NCBI GenBank assembly: GCA_963768055.1
Contig: CAVYGN010000002.1
Span: 480,001-544,000, forward strand
Direction: 5' to 3'
Origin: an uncultured Spirochaetota bacterium
GTDB taxonomy: Bacteria > Spirochaetota > Brevinematia > Brevinematales > JAOACQ01
DNA: 64,000 bases
Under the pieces are notes generated by a model that saw only the letters and a program-made list of their open reading frames with translations, searched no databases and was not told the DNA's origin. A program made the translations under genes and the position numbers. Position 1 is the first letter of the stretch. Every line of letters begins with the position of its first letter. This document shows, piece by piece, positions 20,430 through 30,185 of this stretch.

Positions 20430-21587
20430 TCAGGCCACGACGCTCTCTTTCATATTATAAATAAGTTTAAAGATATTCGCCACCGCTATGAAAAGCTCCT
20501 GCGGTATCTCCTGTCCCACTTCGACTTTCCTGTACAGTTCGCGCGCCAGCGGTTTATTTTCCAGAATAAATACTTTATACTCCCTTGCTATGCTTTTGAT
20601 CCTTTCAGCGAAAGGCCCTTCGCCTTTAGCTACCACTTTCGGCGCTAACATAAAGACAGGATCGTATTTAAGAGCGACGGCAATGTGTGTCGGGTTCGTA
20701 ATAACGACGTCGGCTTTTGGTATCTCCTGGATCATTCTCCTGGAAAGGAGCCTTCTTTCCATTTCCCTGATCTTTGCCTTTATCTCGGGGTTGCCTTCAT
20801 TTTCTTTAAATTCCTCTTTGATCTCCTGCTTTGTCATTTTCAGGGATTCTGTATAGACCCAGCGCTGAAAAGCATAATCCCCTATAGCGAATATCATCAG
20901 AAGCACACCGGAAATGCTCACAAACTGAAAAAGTATAGACCAGATAAGACTGAAAGCATCTACCAGATCCATCCTGGAAATAGCGATCATTTCAGCCAGC
21001 CTTTGATTAATAATTATAAAAGCCACGGCGAAAACACCGACAACCTTCGCTAATGACTTAACGAGGTTGAACATCGCTTCCCTGGACCAGAACATCTTCA
21101 TGAAATTCTGTCCCATATTGGATATAATCTTCCCAAAATTTAATGATATCTTTTTCGTGGAAAATACTATGCCCCCCTGGATAAAGCTCGCCGCGACCGC
21201 GGCAATGATCCCCACTATCATAAGCGGGAGCACGCTGGACGATGAAAGCCAGAGCATATCCAGGAAAAACGGGACTATACTGTTCTTGCTGAGGTGTATT
21301 GTGAGAAGGTTCTCCACATAATATCTCATAATCCTTACTAACGAATTATATATGAAGCCCCCGATAAGCGCTATAGTCCAGAAACCCATCAGAAATACTA
21401 TAATCGCCGTCAGTTCCTGCGATCTCGGAATGTTGCCTTCTTCGCGGGCCTTCCTCCGTTTATACTCTGTCGGCTCTTCAGTCCTTCCCTCGTCTTCCGC
21501 TGCGAAAAACTGCAGGTCGAATCTGAACAAAGGAAATTCGCCACTGAGAAGCAAATCCGATAAATCGATGAATTCGTAATTTTCCAT
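20430..21587 (-). CDS. flhB: Flagellar export protein FlhB
   Basis: RTEEPT..KRRKAREEG, KMTKQEIKEE, NPTH autocleavage motif. Confidence 0.96.
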   Translation of the reverse strand: MENYEFIDLSDLLLSGEFPLFRFDLQFFAAEDEGRTEEPTEYKRRKAREEGNIPRSQELTAIIVFLMGFWTIALIGGFIYNSLVRIMRYYVENLLTIHLSKNSIVPFFLDMLWLSSSSVLPLMIVGIIAAVAASFIQGGIVFSTKKISLNFGKIISNMGQNFMKMFWSREAMFNLVKSLAKVVGVFAVAFIIINQRLAEMIAISRMDLVDAFSLIWSILFQFVSISGVLLMIFAIGDYAFQRWVYTESLKMTKQEIKEEFKENEGNPEIKAKIREMERRLLSRRMIQEIPKADVVITNPTHIAVALKYDPVFMLAPKVVAKGEGPFAERIKSIAREYKVFILENKPLARELYRKVEVGQEIPQELFIAVANIFKLIYNMKESVVA

Positions 21588-21594
21588 ATATTAC

Positions 21595-22383
21595 CTAAGC
21601 CGGCTTAAAAAACCGGATCAATTCGCCGGTATCCCTGAGCATGCCGTTTATTACATTCCCTCCCAGGTCTACGATCGACGGCAGTATCAGCCAGATCACA
21701 AAAAACCCTACGAGAAGCTTGATATTAAAGCCCATTATCATCACGTTAAACTGCGGAGCAACCCTTGCGATGATAGCCATTGCCATATCGAGAAGGATTG
21801 AAACCCCTATTATCGGCAAGGATATTTTAAGGCCGATGTCGAACATCGTCATAACAGCCGAAATAAAACCCTTGATCATCGCGCCGATGGAAGTCGCCCC
21901 CAAAGCCTGTACGTTTCTAAAACTATCGATAATAAGCTGCATCATAAAAAAATGCGCGTCAGCCCGAAGCAGGAGGAGAAGTATAAGGACGCCGAAAAGA
22001 TTTCCAATAGCCGGAACCTGGGTCTCCGATACCGGATCGAATACCTCGTTCATTCCAAGCCCCATCTGGATGCTGAAGATCTGCGCTGAAACCTGGAAAG
22101 CCGAGACTATGATATAAATGAACATCCCCACCCCTGTGCCGAAAACGAAACTGGTGAGGCAATTTAATCCGAATGCAAGCAGGTCTGACCCTTCTTTAAA
22201 ACCCATCTGCACTACGAGAGGGACGGCAATAAGGCTCATAAAAAAACCGAGGGCAAGTTTAAACCGCATCGGCAAGGCCTGGCCTGAAAAAAACGGAGCC
22301 GTAATAAAAAGGCCGATAAGCCTGAGCAGGATTAATAAAAATACCTGGAAATATCTTACAAATCCATCGTAAAGAGTCTCCAT
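21595..22383 (-). CDS. fliR: Flagellar export protein FliR
   Basis: LRLIGLFITAPFF, QMGL, RVAPQFNV; position in the operon. Confidence 0.93.
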   Translation of the reverse strand: METLYDGFVRYFQVFLLILLRLIGLFITAPFFSGQALPMRFKLALGFFMSLIAVPLVVQMGFKEGSDLLAFGLNCLTSFVFGTGVGMFIYIIVSAFQVSAQIFSIQMGLGMNEVFDPVSETQVPAIGNLFGVLILLLLLRADAHFFMMQLIIDSFRNVQALGATSIGAMIKGFISAVMTMFDIGLKISLPIIGVSILLDMAMAIIARVAPQFNVMIMGFNIKLLVGFFVIWLILPSIVDLGGNVINGMLRDTGELIRFFKPA

Positions 22384-22394
22384 TGCATGTCCTT

Positions 22395-22664
22395 CTATAT
22401 TTTCGCCGTTCCTATCAGGCTGAACAGATTTTTAGTGAAATCAATAAGATTATTTCCAAAAAAAGATCCGGCGATCATTAACATAATTATAATAACAACA
22501 ACTTTCGGGACAAAGGTAAGGGTCTGCTCCTGGATCGAGGTCGTCGCCTGGAAAATACTGATAATAAGCCCCACAACCATGGCCGCCCCGAGCAGGGGAA
22601 CCGACAGAACGAGCATCTCGTACATTGACTGGTTCATAATCGATAAAATTAATCCCTGACTCAT
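22395..22664 (-). CDS. fliQ: Flagellar export protein FliQ
   Basis: GLIISIFQATTSIQEQTLTFVPK. Confidence 0.95.
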   Translation of the reverse strand: MSQGLILSIMNQSMYEMLVLSVPLLGAAMVVGLIISIFQATTSIQEQTLTFVPKVVVIIIMLMIAGSFFGNNLIDFTKNLFSLIGTAKI

Positions 22665-22673
22665 AATTTAACC

Positions 22674-23438
22674 CTACATCCTGAAACTTAAGATCAATTT
22701 TTCGACAAGCAGGTCCCACCCGTCGACAACATAAAACAAAAGTATCTTCAGGGGGAAGGATATCATAATAGGCGGAAGCATCATCATGCCCATTGACATG
22801 AGGACGCTGGCGACTACAACGTCTATGATTACGAAAGGGATCAAAATAAGCATACCCATATAAAAAGAGAGGGTAAGTTCATTAAGAATAAAAGCGGGGA
22901 TCAGGACATAAGTCGGAACATCCTCCGGGCTTTTCGGCCTTTCCACCTTTGATATCTGTATAAACCTGTAAATATATCTCTCGGCGGTCTGCCTGAACAT
23001 GAATTCCCTGACCGGCTGGATGGCCTTTGTATAACCGGCCTCAAGCGTTATCTTACCGTCAAGATAAGGCCTTACCCCATCGTTGTAAGACTTGCTGAAT
23101 ACAGGGAACATAACGAAAAGGCTTATGAAAAGCGACAGGCTGATTATGATCTGGTTTGGGGGTATATTCTGAGTAGCGAGACCCCTGCTGACAAAGGAAA
23201 GAACTATGAATATTCTCACAAAACTTGTAAGTACGATGAGAAGGGTCGGGGCGAGGCTTATTATAGTTACAAGAAAAAGTATCTGGAGAGATAAAGCAAC
23301 CTGCCTGGGCGTCCTGGCTTCCTGAACATTAAAATTGAGGGTCGGTATAGGAACATTTTGACCCCCGGTCTGCTGAGCGTTTACAGGTGATGTGAATAAA
23401 AAAAAGGAGAATAGCAATAATATCCCGTATTTATTCAC
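22674..23438 (-). CDS. fliP: Flagellar export protein FliP
   Basis: TSFVRIFIVLS, PPNQI, LIPAF, MGMMMLPP, DGWDL. Confidence 0.95.
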   Translation of the reverse strand: MNKYGILLLFSFFLFTSPVNAQQTGGQNVPIPTLNFNVQEARTPRQVALSLQILFLVTIISLAPTLLIVLTSFVRIFIVLSFVSRGLATQNIPPNQIIISLSLFISLFVMFPVFSKSYNDGVRPYLDGKITLEAGYTKAIQPVREFMFRQTAERYIYRFIQISKVERPKSPEDVPTYVLIPAFILNELTLSFYMGMLILIPFVIIDVVVASVLMSMGMMMLPPIMISFPLKILLFYVVDGWDLLVEKLILSFRM

Positions 23439-23661
23439 GGAACCCCTCCCAATCCTGCAAACCCAAAATGCACAGGCAGTGCTTAAATGTGCGCTATGCG
23501 AAGAACATTAGTATTTTTTTTACTACTAAATTATATTATTACATACGTAAATAAAAATTGCAATACTTTTTATGAAAATATTTCTATCTGATTGATCGAT
23601 ATCTATTTGACGTAAATTGAAAATCAAGTTATAAATAATCGGGAATTTTAGATACTTAGTA

Positions 23662-23690
23662 TGTCATTTCTCGCTCCGCTCGAAATGACA
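23662..23690. repeat. REP-like inverted repeat TGTCATTTC-N11-GAAATGACA
   Basis: Perfect 9-bp arms; a related element lies at 53265-53307. Confidence 0.6.
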
Positions 23691-23727
23691 AGGGGATGAC
23701 TGAGAATAATAGTTAAGAGGCTGCTTA

Positions 23728-23961
23728 ATGAAATTATCTGAAATATTAGTTGTAATCCTGGTCATAGTTCTTGTTTTCGGCGCATCCAGGCTTCCGCAGC
23801 TAGGCAAGGCCATCGGCGAAGGCTTTAAAGAATTAAAGAGGGGATTGCGTGAAGCCGAGGAAGAGGAAAAAACCGCCCGCGATGAAGAACCGGTTAAACC
23901 AAAGGCCGTGAGTTCCGCTAAAAGAAGCGCCAAAAAAACTTCATCCAAGAAAAGGGTATGA
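23728..23961 (+). CDS. tatA: Twin-arginine translocase TatA/E
   Basis: TM followed by FGASRLPQLGKAIGEG amphipathic helix. Confidence 0.9.
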   Translation: MKLSEILVVILVIVLVFGASRLPQLGKAIGEGFKELKRGLREAEEEEKTARDEEPVKPKAVSSAKRSAKKTSSKKRV

Positions 23962-24671
23962 AGAAAACAAAAACCGAGGCGCCTTTCTGGGACCATGTGG
24001 TGGAATTACGAAATCGAATGCTCTGGGTTGTCGCGGCTGTTGTAGTATTTTCTATAGCAGGTTATATTATTTTTCCTTATTTTGTTCAGTTTATATCGGG
24101 GATCCTGGGTGAAAAGCTTTATATCAATACCATAGCCGAGGGGTTTTTCACAAGGATGGATGTTTCTTTAATATTCGGCTGCATCTGCGCGCTTCCATTA
24201 TTTATTATCCAGGTTTGTCTTTTCACTTTTCCAGGACTTACGGGGCATGAAAAAAAAATCGTGCTATGGTCGATTATCGCCGCATTCGCTCTTTTCTCGA
24301 CAGGCATATTTTTTACCTTTCAATCCGTACTTCCGGCCTCGCTGAGATTTTTTAAAGCGGAGGGAATTTTCCCGGGTAATGTAGGGATGATGATTAATTA
24401 TTCAAAGTTCATCGAGTTTATTTTTAAGTTCATGCTGGCCTGCGGGCTCTGTTTTGAATTTCCTGTAGTCCTTATAGTGCTTCTCCAGTTCAATATACTC
24501 ACTACAGCGATCCTTGTAAAAAATTTAAAATATGTGATTGTAGTCATTTTCATTCTTGCGGCCGTTCTGGCCCCTGACGTGATCTCCCAGATAACCCTTG
24601 CCTTGCCTATGGTTATCCTTTATCTTTTGACATTAATGGCCGCTTCATTTTTCAGAATAGGGGCCCGGTGA
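23958..24671 (+). CDS. tatC: Twin-arginine translocase TatC
   Basis: HVVELRNR, FPGL..EKK, GLCFEFP, PDVISQ. Confidence 0.9.
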   Translation: MKKTKTEAPFWDHVVELRNRMLWVVAAVVVFSIAGYIIFPYFVQFISGILGEKLYINTIAEGFFTRMDVSLIFGCICALPLFIIQVCLFTFPGLTGHEKKIVLWSIIAAFALFSTGIFFTFQSVLPASLRFFKAEGIFPGNVGMMINYSKFIEFIFKFMLACGLCFEFPVVLIVLLQFNILTTAILVKNLKYVIVVIFILAAVLAPDVISQITLALPMVILYLLTLMAASFFRIGAR

Positions 24672-24961
24672 TGCTCGATAACTGGATTGGCGAGATCCTC
24701 CTTATAATGCTTCTGATATTCTTTATCTGCCCGCGGGATATTCCAAAAATATTGCGGGCAATAGGAAAATTCTTAGGGTCTTTGAGCAAATACCGGGAAC
24801 AGGCGGAAGCCTTTCAAAAAGAATTGATCGCCGGGCTTAATGCAGATGACCTGAAAGACGGTATCGACGAACTCCGGCAGGGGGTTGCAGATTTAAAATA
24901 TGGCATAAAAAAACCCGTGATTAAAACCTCGTCGAAAAGAAACTCTCGACCTCGCGGATGA
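24671..24961 (+). CDS. tatB: TatB-like protein
   Basis: EILLI..ICPRDIPKILRAIGK; start overlaps the tatC stop. Confidence 0.65.
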   Translation: MLDNWIGEILLIMLLIFFICPRDIPKILRAIGKFLGSLSKYREQAEAFQKELIAGLNADDLKDGIDELRQGVADLKYGIKKPVIKTSSKRNSRPRG

Positions 24962-27407
24962 TTGAATTCAAACTACCGCTGATGATCCTTGCCGGAGGGA
25001 GCGACGATAAAAAAACCTGGCCGTATTTTTTTGTTTTTATCCTGTTATCGAGGATTGCTATCACGCCTTTATCGCTTTTGCTGCGGATCAGCCTTCCCAT
25101 CCCCTGCTTGAGCCTGAGGACAGCCCGCGGCAGGCTGTAGCTCATAAACGGATTGATATCTTTATATTCCATCAATTTAACCTTGGCTTTATAGATAGGA
25201 TCGGCCGGGGAATCGAAGGGCAGTTTTTCGATTATCACGCACCTGAGATTATCGCCCTGTATATCGATACCTTCCCAAAAACTTGAGGTTGCGAATAGCA
25301 CAACATTAGGATGTTCGGACATCCTGGCCAGGAGTTCTCCCCTCGGAGCTTCTCCCTGTTTTAAAGGGTACAAACCCTCTTTCGACAATTCATCCTTCAA
25401 AATTTCATGCATCTGGTTAAGCCTGACATAAGATGTAAAAAGGGCAAGGACCCCGCCCTCGCTCATCAGTGACAGTTCTTTTACAAGCATGGTCTTTTCT
25501 TTCGTCACGTTGCCATGATCCAGATCGTCTTCCAGGATATATATCTCGGCCTGCCTGCTGTAATCGAAGGGGGATGAGAGGCTGACCTCGTCCTTTTCCT
25601 TGTTTTTAGCGATTTGAAGGCCCACGCCGAGAGTAAAATAATCGAACCTGTTATTTATCATGAGGGTGGCAGATGTAAAGATCGTGAAATCCTTTTTTGA
25701 AAAAATAGAATTTGCAAGGAAGTCGCCGACTTCAAGAGGGCTGTAATAAAAGCGGATATTTTTCTTAGTGATCTCGATCCATTTAACAAAGTTTATCTCA
25801 TTTTCAGTGTTGAAAATAAGGTTGTAAATAATATTCGATTCGGACAAACTCGACATCCTGTACCCTATCGTTTGAATAATATCCAGGGCCTCCCTTCTAA
25901 CAGCCATATCCTTAAGCCTCTCCGAAAGCCTTTCAAAATGTACCGTAAACTGGTTTAACCTTTTAAATATCCCGCCAAGCGCACCGGAAAGTTCGGAAAA
26001 ATCGGGACTTTTGATAAAGTCTTCGTCAATTCCTATTGAATTCGTCTCCCTTGTCCATTTACTCAAAACGTCCTGCATGTCTAATAAAAATTCCGAGAGT
26101 ACCCGGGTAAGCTCCCGCTGCATTTTCATCATTTCTTCAAAGGCAAGCGCCGTTTCAGGATGGGAATCGATATCACTCCTTTTTTTAAGCAGGGTGAACA
26201 GTCCCAGTCCCTTTCCCTTCTTCTCGCTGTAAAGTTTCCGTAGCTGGTATAGAAGGGACTGGACTGAGAAGTCCTTTGAAAGGGTCTTGAGTGAAACATC
26301 CTCGAGATGATGCGCTTCATCAAAAACTATACCCGAAAAGAACGGCAGCATGATCCTCCGGCTTTCTTCATCGATCGCGCTGAAGACAAGCGAATGGTTG
26401 GCTATTATTATATTGGATTTTTCAGCCTGGAGCCTTGCCCTGTAATAAAAACAATCCCTGTAATATTCACATTTTCTCCGCGGACACCCGGCTGAGTCGC
26501 AAGCCACCTCTTCCCAGATCTCTTCACTGACATAATCGCCGAATTCGCCGATCGTTCCCTCCTCGCACCTTCTGCACCATTCCTCAATATCAAAGATCAC
26601 GCTCGTCCGCCCTTCATCTCCGAAAAGCGAGTCCTGCTTTTCCTTATCTTTTATCAGGTCATATAACTTCTTTTTACAGAGATAATTGCCTTTGCCGATA
26701 AGCACCGCATAATTTATTTTTTTCTTTAGGTAGGCTTTAATGACTTTCTCCACTATAAGCATGTCTTTACCGGCTATCTGCTGCTGGAGATTGATAGTAT
26801 GGGTGGAAACTATCACCCTTTTCTTGTTCTCCAGGGCCCAGACAGCGGCGGGGATCAGATACGACAATGATTTCCCGGTCCCTGTTCCTGCCTCGGATAT
26901 CAGTATCCTGGATTCGTTAACAGCTTCTATTACCGATTTGACGAGCCTGATCTGCTCCTCCCTTGGTTCAAAATTCCCGATGTTCTCCGAAAGTATGCCC
27001 CCATCCTCGAAAATGTCGGCGACTTCTCCCGCCTTCAGGTAAACCCTGCCCTCCGGTTTAAAAACAACATTTACAAAGGTAAGGGTATTATCGACAATAT
27101 AAAAACCTATTTTTTTATTGGCTAATTCTGCGGCGAGCTGTATATCATTTTCGGAAGCCCTTAGAAGGTTTCCACCCGGGTCTTCTCCCGGGTGGTTATG
27201 AATAAGGACATCGCCCTGTAGTGTATCCATGAGTACCACCGGGGCAGAAACCTCGTTTCCATAGGCCATTGCCTGCGCCTCATTTACAATTCCGTTCCGG
27301 TCTACGCTGCCGACGAAAGAAACCTCCTGGCCTGAATTAGACAGGATTTCGTTCCTGATAAAATCTATCGCTTCGGGTGTAAAACACTCAGATGCAAGTT
27401 TTTTCAA
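24921..27407 (-). CDS. dinG: DinG/YoaA-family Fe-S helicase with N-terminal JAB/MPN-like domain
   Basis: EAGTGTGKS, DEAHH, SATL, FWEGID, QGMGRLIR, four Fe-S Cys; N-terminal HNHP...S..D. Confidence 0.88.
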   Translation of the reverse strand: MKKLASECFTPEAIDFIRNEILSNSGQEVSFVGSVDRNGIVNEAQAMAYGNEVSAPVVLMDTLQGDVLIHNHPGEDPGGNLLRASENDIQLAAELANKKIGFYIVDNTLTFVNVVFKPEGRVYLKAGEVADIFEDGGILSENIGNFEPREEQIRLVKSVIEAVNESRILISEAGTGTGKSLSYLIPAAVWALENKKRVIVSTHTINLQQQIAGKDMLIVEKVIKAYLKKKINYAVLIGKGNYLCKKKLYDLIKDKEKQDSLFGDEGRTSVIFDIEEWCRRCEEGTIGEFGDYVSEEIWEEVACDSAGCPRRKCEYYRDCFYYRARLQAEKSNIIIANHSLVFSAIDEESRRIMLPFFSGIVFDEAHHLEDVSLKTLSKDFSVQSLLYQLRKLYSEKKGKGLGLFTLLKKRSDIDSHPETALAFEEMMKMQRELTRVLSEFLLDMQDVLSKWTRETNSIGIDEDFIKSPDFSELSGALGGIFKRLNQFTVHFERLSERLKDMAVRREALDIIQTIGYRMSSLSESNIIYNLIFNTENEINFVKWIEITKKNIRFYYSPLEVGDFLANSIFSKKDFTIFTSATLMINNRFDYFTLGVGLQIAKNKEKDEVSLSSPFDYSRQAEIYILEDDLDHGNVTKEKTMLVKELSLMSEGGVLALFTSYVRLNQMHEILKDELSKEGLYPLKQGEAPRGELLARMSEHPNVVLFATSSFWEGIDIQGDNLRCVIIEKLPFDSPADPIYKAKVKLMEYKDINPFMSYSLPRAVLRLKQGMGRLIRSKSDKGVIAILDNRIKTKKYGQVFLSSLPPARIISGSLNSIIREVESFFSTRF

Positions 27408-27423
27408 TTAAGGCTCCTTGTTG

Positions 27424-29994
27424 TCACTGCTCCTGCTGCTTTCCGTTCAATAAATTGTTCATTTCATCAGTTCCAATAAGAACTTCCCTTGGTTTGCTGG
27501 AAGTCGTGGAGGGCCCGATTATCCTCATTTTATCCATCGCCTCGATAAGACGGGAAGCCCGGTTATAACCGATCCGAAATCGGCGCTGAAGATATGATGC
27601 AGAAATCTCTCCGTTTTCAACCGCCGCCCTGAGCGAATCCGCGAAGAGAGGGTCGTCGCGGTAATCCACGTTGTACGCAGCTTCAACTTCCTGGACCGGA
27701 ACAGACATCAGATTTTCAACATCGATAATATAATCGGCGTTCCCGTTCCTCTTCAGCTCTTTGACAAGGTTTTCAACATCATTATTCGAAACATTCGGAG
27801 ACTGGATACGCAGCATATCGGTAAAGCTCGGCGTCATAAAAAGCATGTCACCTTTCCCGAGGAGCTTTTCCGCCCCGCTTTTATCGAGGATGGTCCTCGA
27901 ATCTGTCTGGGAACTGACTCGAAAGGCTATCCGGGAAGGAAAATTCGCTTTTATTATTCCTGTGACTACATCGACGCTTGGCCTCTGTGTAGCGACGACA
28001 AGATGGATTCCTACAGCCCTTGCCATAGCCGCGATCCTTGAAATCACTTTTTCGGTTTCCTTGGGAAGCCTGAGCATTAAATTGGCAAATTCGTCGATTA
28101 CTATGACTATATATGGAAAATACTCGAAGGCTATTTCTTTTTTATCTCTTTCCGCCGGATTTAATTTCTTAACCTCCCTGTTATAATCTTCCATATTCCT
28201 GACCCCGAAATCACTTAAGAGTTTGTACCTTTTATCCATTTCAGCGGAGGTCCATTCAAGAACGGCAATCGCCTCTTCCGGTTTAGTTATCACCGGGGCA
28301 AGTAAATGGGGAATGCCGTTATAAAGTTCAAGTTCGACCATTTTCGGGTCTATAAAAATAAATTTCACTTCATCGGCTGTCTTTTTGAAAGTTATCCCTC
28401 CGATCAGGGAATTTATATAAACGCTTTTCCCGCTTCCGGTCGTTCCGGCTATAAGCAAGTGAGGCATTTCAGTCAGATCCTCGATAACTATGTTGCCTGC
28501 GATGTCCTTTCCAAGGATAAGCGGCAGTTTTGCCTTAGTTTTGCCGAACTCTTCACTTTCAATTATCTCCCTTAAAACGACTGTCCTCCTGAACTTGTTT
28601 GGTACCTCGACACCGATAATGCTTTTGTTGCCGATCGGGGCAACGATGCGTATATTGCGCGTCCCAAGATTAAGGGCCAGATCGTCTGTAAGATTGACAA
28701 TATTTTTCAATTTAAGGCCCGAAGGAGGAACTATTTCGTACCGGGTGATCGCGGGACCCCTCGAATGGCCGGAAACCCTGATTTCTATTTTAAAACTGGC
28801 AAAGGTATTTTCTATGATCCTGGAAACCCTGTCAATTTCCTCATTCTCCTCAGCCCGTGAAAAAGTCTCGAGCCCCTTTTCCAGTTTATTTTTATCAGGA
28901 AATATATACGGCCCGTTCAACTCCTCGACCGGAAAGAGCTCCTCAACAGGAGAAATCTCTTCGACCTTCCTCGATTGCGCTACCTCGGCATAATCGGCTT
29001 CTCCGACTATTTCTTCCACTTCCAATCCATCATTATCGATAATTTCATGCACAATTTCCTTTTCAATATTTTCTCCGTCCCGATCCGTCTCTTCCAGAAC
29101 AATGCCGTCACTAAGGATCGGAACAATTTCATCCTGTAAAGCCTTGCCGGGAAGGGGTTCATCCCGCCCCTGCGGGAAGCTGGCTTGTAAAGACGGCTGT
29201 TCATCAAACTCCCCGTCAAAATGCCTGTCTATTTCAGCCAATACCCCTCCGGGCCCTTTTTCGTCCAAAAGCCATGCGGGAGCTGCTGCATTATCCTCAA
29301 TTATATGTGCCTCTTTTGCAGGCTTTTGCTTTAAAAACGCGGGTTCCACACCCTCAGGATGCGATTTCTCTTCACCTTCTCCGTCCCTGCGAATCGACAG
29401 GACGTCCCCCCTTTCGAGGGCAAGCCCCCTTTCGATGATTTCCTCTTTGTTGAACAATAGGCCGAATAGCTGAAAAGGAGCGAGGATGAACAGGCCGACT
29501 ATCCTTGCCAATCCGTAAGTCATACTTCTGAACAGCTTCATTGCAGAGGTCAGGGAAAAAAGGAGAAGGAGTGAGAAAATCCCGATAATGATATAACTAT
29601 TAATCAATTCCGAAAGACTTTTCGATATTGCCAGCCCCAGCAGGCCTGCTTCTATATAAGTCGTTTTAGGATAGACTTCCGCAATTATAACTGAAATGCT
29701 TATCGTCACAAAAATGAACAGGGCTGCCTTGATGAAGATCCTTCCTATCTTTGACCCGACCATTATGTTTATGCCTATAACGAACATACCGAATGCAACA
29801 GCCAGCGAGGCATATTTTCCGTAAAGTAATACCAGGGGCGAAGAAATCCATACGCCGAATGTTCCAGCCATGTTCATAGCCGGCCGATTCACCTTTGACA
29901 CGAGAAATGCAGAGTCCATAGGATTAAAACTGAGGAGAGCCAGGACCAGGACGGCTGACAGGGCAATAAAAGAATATCCGAAAAAAACTCTCAT
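27424..29994 (-). CDS. ftsK: DNA translocase FtsK
   Basis: N-terminal TMs, HLLIAGTTGSGKS, IDPKMVEL, ATQRPSVDV, gamma domain LQRRFRIGYNRA. Confidence 0.96.
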   Translation of the reverse strand: MRVFFGYSFIALSAVLVLALLSFNPMDSAFLVSKVNRPAMNMAGTFGVWISSPLVLLYGKYASLAVAFGMFVIGINIMVGSKIGRIFIKAALFIFVTISISVIIAEVYPKTTYIEAGLLGLAISKSLSELINSYIIIGIFSLLLLFSLTSAMKLFRSMTYGLARIVGLFILAPFQLFGLLFNKEEIIERGLALERGDVLSIRRDGEGEEKSHPEGVEPAFLKQKPAKEAHIIEDNAAAPAWLLDEKGPGGVLAEIDRHFDGEFDEQPSLQASFPQGRDEPLPGKALQDEIVPILSDGIVLEETDRDGENIEKEIVHEIIDNDGLEVEEIVGEADYAEVAQSRKVEEISPVEELFPVEELNGPYIFPDKNKLEKGLETFSRAEENEEIDRVSRIIENTFASFKIEIRVSGHSRGPAITRYEIVPPSGLKLKNIVNLTDDLALNLGTRNIRIVAPIGNKSIIGVEVPNKFRRTVVLREIIESEEFGKTKAKLPLILGKDIAGNIVIEDLTEMPHLLIAGTTGSGKSVYINSLIGGITFKKTADEVKFIFIDPKMVELELYNGIPHLLAPVITKPEEAIAVLEWTSAEMDKRYKLLSDFGVRNMEDYNREVKKLNPAERDKKEIAFEYFPYIVIVIDEFANLMLRLPKETEKVISRIAAMARAVGIHLVVATQRPSVDVVTGIIKANFPSRIAFRVSSQTDSRTILDKSGAEKLLGKGDMLFMTPSFTDMLRIQSPNVSNNDVENLVKELKRNGNADYIIDVENLMSVPVQEVEAAYNVDYRDDPLFADSLRAAVENGEISASYLQRRFRIGYNRASRLIEAMDKMRIIGPSTTSSKPREVLIGTDEMNNLLNGKQQEQ

Positions 29995-30185
29995 CGAATA
30001 AGCCCCTTTCTACCACCTTTTGCCATTACTAATTATAAAGCATTAAGCGGAAAAATAAAATAATCTTTACACAAATGTCAAAAATTGACGGAGGATTTAC
30101 TCAAATCGTTAATCGCTATTCGTAATACTTGACTTTTTCAACCCTTTGTAAAAAAATAAAGCGCCCTAAGCACAGGATATATATT

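Noticed and set aside
23439..23530. c-di-GMP riboswitch upstream of fliP
   Set aside because: Some pairing potential, but I could not find class I or class II consensus elements.
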